A DNA stretch of 64,000 nucleotides, taken from positions 1-64,000 of the forward strand of contig JASFYR010000021.1 in the NCBI GenBank assembly GCA_045047115.1. The letters are read 5' to 3'. The notes below the pieces were generated by a model. That model saw only the letters and a list, made by a program, of their open reading frames with translations. It searched no databases and was not told where the DNA came from. Every line of letters starts with the position of its first letter. Position 1 is the stretch's first letter. The stretch is from Sulfurospirillum sp. (GTDB lineage: Bacteria > Campylobacterota > Campylobacteria > Campylobacterales > Sulfurospirillaceae). The position numbers and the translations under genes are program-made. This document shows, piece after piece, positions 61,022-64,000 of the stretch.

Positions 61022-62137
61022 TTAGTTTCTGTTTCTATACTCTTCGTATCCAAACTCCTTTATAAGCTTAAAACTCCCATCTTTTTTTACAACAGCCAAG
61101 GATGGGAGTTTTATACCGTTAAATGTTGTATTTTTTACTATCGTATAGTGAATCTGATCTTCAAAAATAATTTTATTACCCACTTTTAAAGGCCTATCAA
61201 AAGAGTAATCCCCCATAATATCACCTGAGAGACAGCTGTTGCCTGCCAGCCTGTATCTATACTTTTTTTCGTCAGCCCCACCGGAATATCTCACATCACT
61301 TCTATATGGCATAGCTAGAGTATCTGGCATATGTGCTTCAGCGGAAGTATCCAAAATTGCTATATCTATATCATTATGCACTACATCCAAGACACTCGTG
61401 AGCAAAATCCCGCATCTCCACCCTATGGCTTCACCAGGCTCCAGATAGACTTGCACACCATATTTTTGACTAAAATCGCAGATAAGTTTTATCAACTTCT
61501 CTATATCATATCCATCTTTGGTGATATGGTGTCCTCCTCCAAAATTTACCCATTTCATTTTAAACAGATACTTACCAAATCTCTTTTCAACATTTTTTAG
61601 CACACTCTCTAACTCATCAGCTCCTTGCTCACAAAGAGCATGAAAATGCAAACCATCAATCCCATCAAGCAAATCCTCTCTAAACTCTTCCCTGGTTATA
61701 CCAAAACGGCTAAACTCTCCACAAGGGTTATAGAGCTCAACAGGCGCACAAGAGATTTGCGGATTTATCCTTAAGCCACAAGATGTCTTGCCAAGTGCTC
61801 TTTGCTTATACTTTTGCCACTGTATAAATGAGTTAAAAACTACATGCTCGCTAATCCTTACTATCTCATCTATCTCATCCTCTTTATATGCAGGGGAGTA
61901 TGTATGCGTCTCTTTTTTAAACTCTTCATTTGAGAGTTTTGCCTCCCACAGTCCACTTGCACAACAGCCATCAAGATAATTTGAAACTAGGGGTTCAAGG
62001 TGATAAAATGCAAAACCTTTGAGCGCCAAAAGTATCTTTGCTCCACTTTTTTGCTTCACATAAGAGAGTATTTTAAGATTTTTTTCCAACAACTCTTCAT
62101 AGCAGATATAACACGGAGTTTTTACGCTTTCAAACAT
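61022..62137 (-). CDS. nspC: Carboxynorspermidine decarboxylase
   Basis: TPCYI, LLALKGF, GLHFHALCE, NFGGGHH, LEPGEA, HMPD, CLSGD, KNTTFNG. Confidence 0.93.
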   Translation of the reverse strand: MFESVKTPCYICYEELLEKNLKILSYVKQKSGAKILLALKGFAFYHLEPLVSNYLDGCCASGLWEAKLSNEEFKKETHTYSPAYKEDEIDEIVRISEHVVFNSFIQWQKYKQRALGKTSCGLRINPQISCAPVELYNPCGEFSRFGITREEFREDLLDGIDGLHFHALCEQGADELESVLKNVEKRFGKYLFKMKWVNFGGGHHITKDGYDIEKLIKLICDFSQKYGVQVYLEPGEAIGWRCGILLTSVLDVVHNDIDIAILDTSAEAHMPDTLAMPYRSDVRYSGGADEKKYRYRLAGNSCLSGDIMGDYSFDRPLKVGNKIIFEDQIHYTIVKNTTFNGIKLPSLAVVKKDGSFKLIKEFGYEEYRNRN

Positions 62138-62951
62138 TTTTTAATACCCTATCTAACATTCTTGTGCTCAATATTCTTTTCAAGAACCAAAAAAGTTTTG
62201 TCGGAAATGTAACTCGATATCTTGGTTTTGGACTGTTTGTATTGATTATCTTCAAAAGCACACTATAAACAGCATTGCTTCCGAGCGTAAAAGGATCATC
62301 ATCGCTTGATTCAAATCTTTGGATTGCTTTTTTGTACTCTTTAGCATAAAAACTACTCTCTATCTTGATATATTTTTTGAACATTTTATAGGCATTTTTT
62401 CTAAAATCACTCCTTATGGGACCGGGTTCTATCAGCACAACTCTTATGCCAAATGGTTCCAACTCCTGCCTAAAAGTATCACTAAGACCTTCGAGTGCAT
62501 ATTTGCTAGCATTATAGGCACCTCTATATTTCATCGATACAAAACCCAAAACAGAACTGTTTTGAATAATCTTTGGATTTTTTGAATTTCTAAGAAGCCT
62601 CAAAGCCTCTTTTGTCAATTCAAAATTTCCAAAAACATTCGTCTCAAACTGCTCTTTCAAGGCAGTTTTACTCAAATCTTCCAAAGCTCCGGGTTGTCCG
62701 AAACCTGCATTGTTAAATAGTATATCAAGCCTGCTATCGCTTTTCTTTGATATATATTCAAGTGCATTTTTTATATCTTCACTGTTTGTGACATCCAGCT
62801 TAAAAGAGTCAAGTCCTTCACTTTGGAGTCTTTTTATATCATCTTCACTTTTAGCTGTTGCATAGACTTTATACCCCTCATTATGAAGTTTTTTTGCACA
62901 ATAGTACCCTATGCCGCTAGAACAACCTGTGATTAGAATACTCTGTTTCAT
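62130..62951 (-). CDS. Short-chain dehydrogenase/reductase (YbbO-like)
   Basis: TGCSSGIG, NNAG, YNASK. Confidence 0.9.
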   Translation of the reverse strand: MKQSILITGCSSGIGYYCAKKLHNEGYKVYATAKSEDDIKRLQSEGLDSFKLDVTNSEDIKNALEYISKKSDSRLDILFNNAGFGQPGALEDLSKTALKEQFETNVFGNFELTKEALRLLRNSKNPKIIQNSSVLGFVSMKYRGAYNASKYALEGLSDTFRQELEPFGIRVVLIEPGPIRSDFRKNAYKMFKKYIKIESSFYAKEYKKAIQRFESSDDDPFTLGSNAVYSVLLKIINTNSPKPRYRVTFPTKLFWFLKRILSTRMLDRVLKNV

Positions 62952-63298
62952 GGGAGTATCTTGATTTCATCCTCTTGATTTGGAACTAAGCACAAAAACT
63001 CATAATCCTCATCACCCAAAACATCATAAGAGTGGGGAATACCTGCTGGTATAAACAAAATATCATTTTTATTGACAATTTTCACAACATCGCCGATAAC
63101 AACTTTGGCACTGCCTTTTAGCACGTACTGCTCGTGCTCAACACTGTTTGTATGTAATGGCATAGAGCCTTTGCTTTTTAGTATGAATTTTCTCATCATA
63201 AAATTTGGTGCCCTATCATCTCCTATGAGAACGCTCATACTCCCACCAACTCCTACAGGAAGTGGACTAAATTTGTATTCTTTTATATTTTTTATCAT
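62948..63298 (-). CDS. Cupin domain protein
   Basis: APNFMMRKF, PLHTNSVEHEQYVLKG, IPAGIPHSY, FLCLVP. Confidence 0.88.
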   Translation of the reverse strand: MIKNIKEYKFSPLPVGVGGSMSVLIGDDRAPNFMMRKFILKSKGSMPLHTNSVEHEQYVLKGSAKVVIGDVVKIVNKNDILFIPAGIPHSYDVLGDEDYEFLCLVPNQEDEIKILP

Positions 63299-63418
63299 GT
63301 TTTCACCTTTGTTTTTCTGTATTTTATTATATAATATCGAAAAAATCAATAACTTACCTTACACACCATATTATACTCATAATGACACGGCACGCAAGGT
63401 AAGCTAAAAAGAGATATT

Positions 63419-63979
63419 TTGGAAATAAAAAAGCTTATTCTTATAGGAGCTTCGACAGGTGGTCCCGGACAAATACAAAAGATTGTGCAATCTATCAGAC
63501 AAAAAAAAGATACCGCTGTGATTATAGCTCAGCATATGCAAAGCTCATATCTTTCTAGTTTTGCCAGCCAATTAGACAGAAATTCTCCAATAAGTGTCAT
63601 AATAAGCAAAAAAGATTTAACAATAAAAACAGATACAATTTATGTTCTTGGGAATAATTTTGAAATAAAAAACAGGGGCAGAAATTTGGTATTTGATAAA
63701 TATCATCAACAACTCAGCTACTCTCCAAACATAGACCTTCTTTTTAACTCTGTTTCAAATTTGCAAAAGAAGCCAAACATAATGTGTATTGTGCTGACAG
63801 GTATAGGAGATGATGGAGCAAAAGGTGCATTGAGCTTGGCAAAAATTGGTGCAATTTGCATAAATGAAAGTGAAAGCAGCTCTATAGTCTATGGTATGCC
63901 AAAAGCTGCAAGCGAACTAAATCCATCTGCAAAACAACTGGGTATTGACGAAATATGCAATGAAATCAGGAGCTTTTAA
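63419..63979 (+). CDS. cheB: CheB methylesterase domain protein (no receiver domain)
   Basis: TTG start; GASTGG, AQHM, LTGIGDDGA (Ser-His-Asp triad), VYGMPKAA. Confidence 0.88.
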   Translation: MEIKKLILIGASTGGPGQIQKIVQSIRQKKDTAVIIAQHMQSSYLSSFASQLDRNSPISVIISKKDLTIKTDTIYVLGNNFEIKNRGRNLVFDKYHQQLSYSPNIDLLFNSVSNLQKKPNIMCIVLTGIGDDGAKGALSLAKIGAICINESESSSIVYGMPKAASELNPSAKQLGIDEICNEIRSF

Positions 63980-64000
63980 TGTTTAGCTTTTTCAAAAAAA
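63979..64000 (+). CDS. Start of the next gene (possibly cheR), cut by the window edge
   Basis: TAATG coupling to cheB; only MFSFFKK is visible; identity guessed from context. Confidence 0.3.

Noticed and set aside
527..62137. Functional linkage of potAD with nspC
   Set aside because: About 60 kb apart with unrelated operons between; no evidence of co-regulation.

Overview
AT-rich chromosomal window from a Campylobacterota (Epsilonproteobacteria) bacterium, probably Sulfurospirillum-like; this is inferred from gene content and protein style, not searched. In order, it holds: a polyamine ABC fragment; a complete glycerol uptake and oxidation cluster (glpSTPQUV-type ABC, glpK, glpD); a Fur/PerR regulator facing two tandem di-haem cytochrome c peroxidases; an operon linking a double-cubane-cluster reductase and its ATPase activator to yedF and a selenocysteine-containing selD; a divergent cluster of seven secreted proteins (YcfL-like, Cj0092/Cj0093-like, unknowns); tamAB; TetR plus rhodanese; wtpABC; a ModE-like regulator with fdhDCBA (FdhA has Sec) and maturation genes; a binding protein-kinase-regulator trio coupled to selAB; then a Dsb-like protein, a PAS protein, an OmpR/kinase pair, a soluble MCP, a DEAD-box helicase, a FadL-like porin, nspC, an SDR, a cupin and cheB. 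The ORF track breaks two genes at in-frame UGA (Sec) codons: selD and fdhA. Non-coding highlights are a 267-bp MITE-like cruciform element with a 7-bp target duplication, a covarying intergenic repeat upstream of two Shine-Dalgarno sites, a GGGGTCAG tandem mosaic, and a shared ATATGC-N7-GCATAT palindrome upstream of wtpA and fdhD-modE. The best candidate for an undescribed system is the DCCP/DCCP-R-yedF-selD operon. No rRNA, tRNA or CRISPR array was recognised. All family calls come from motif recognition by eye.
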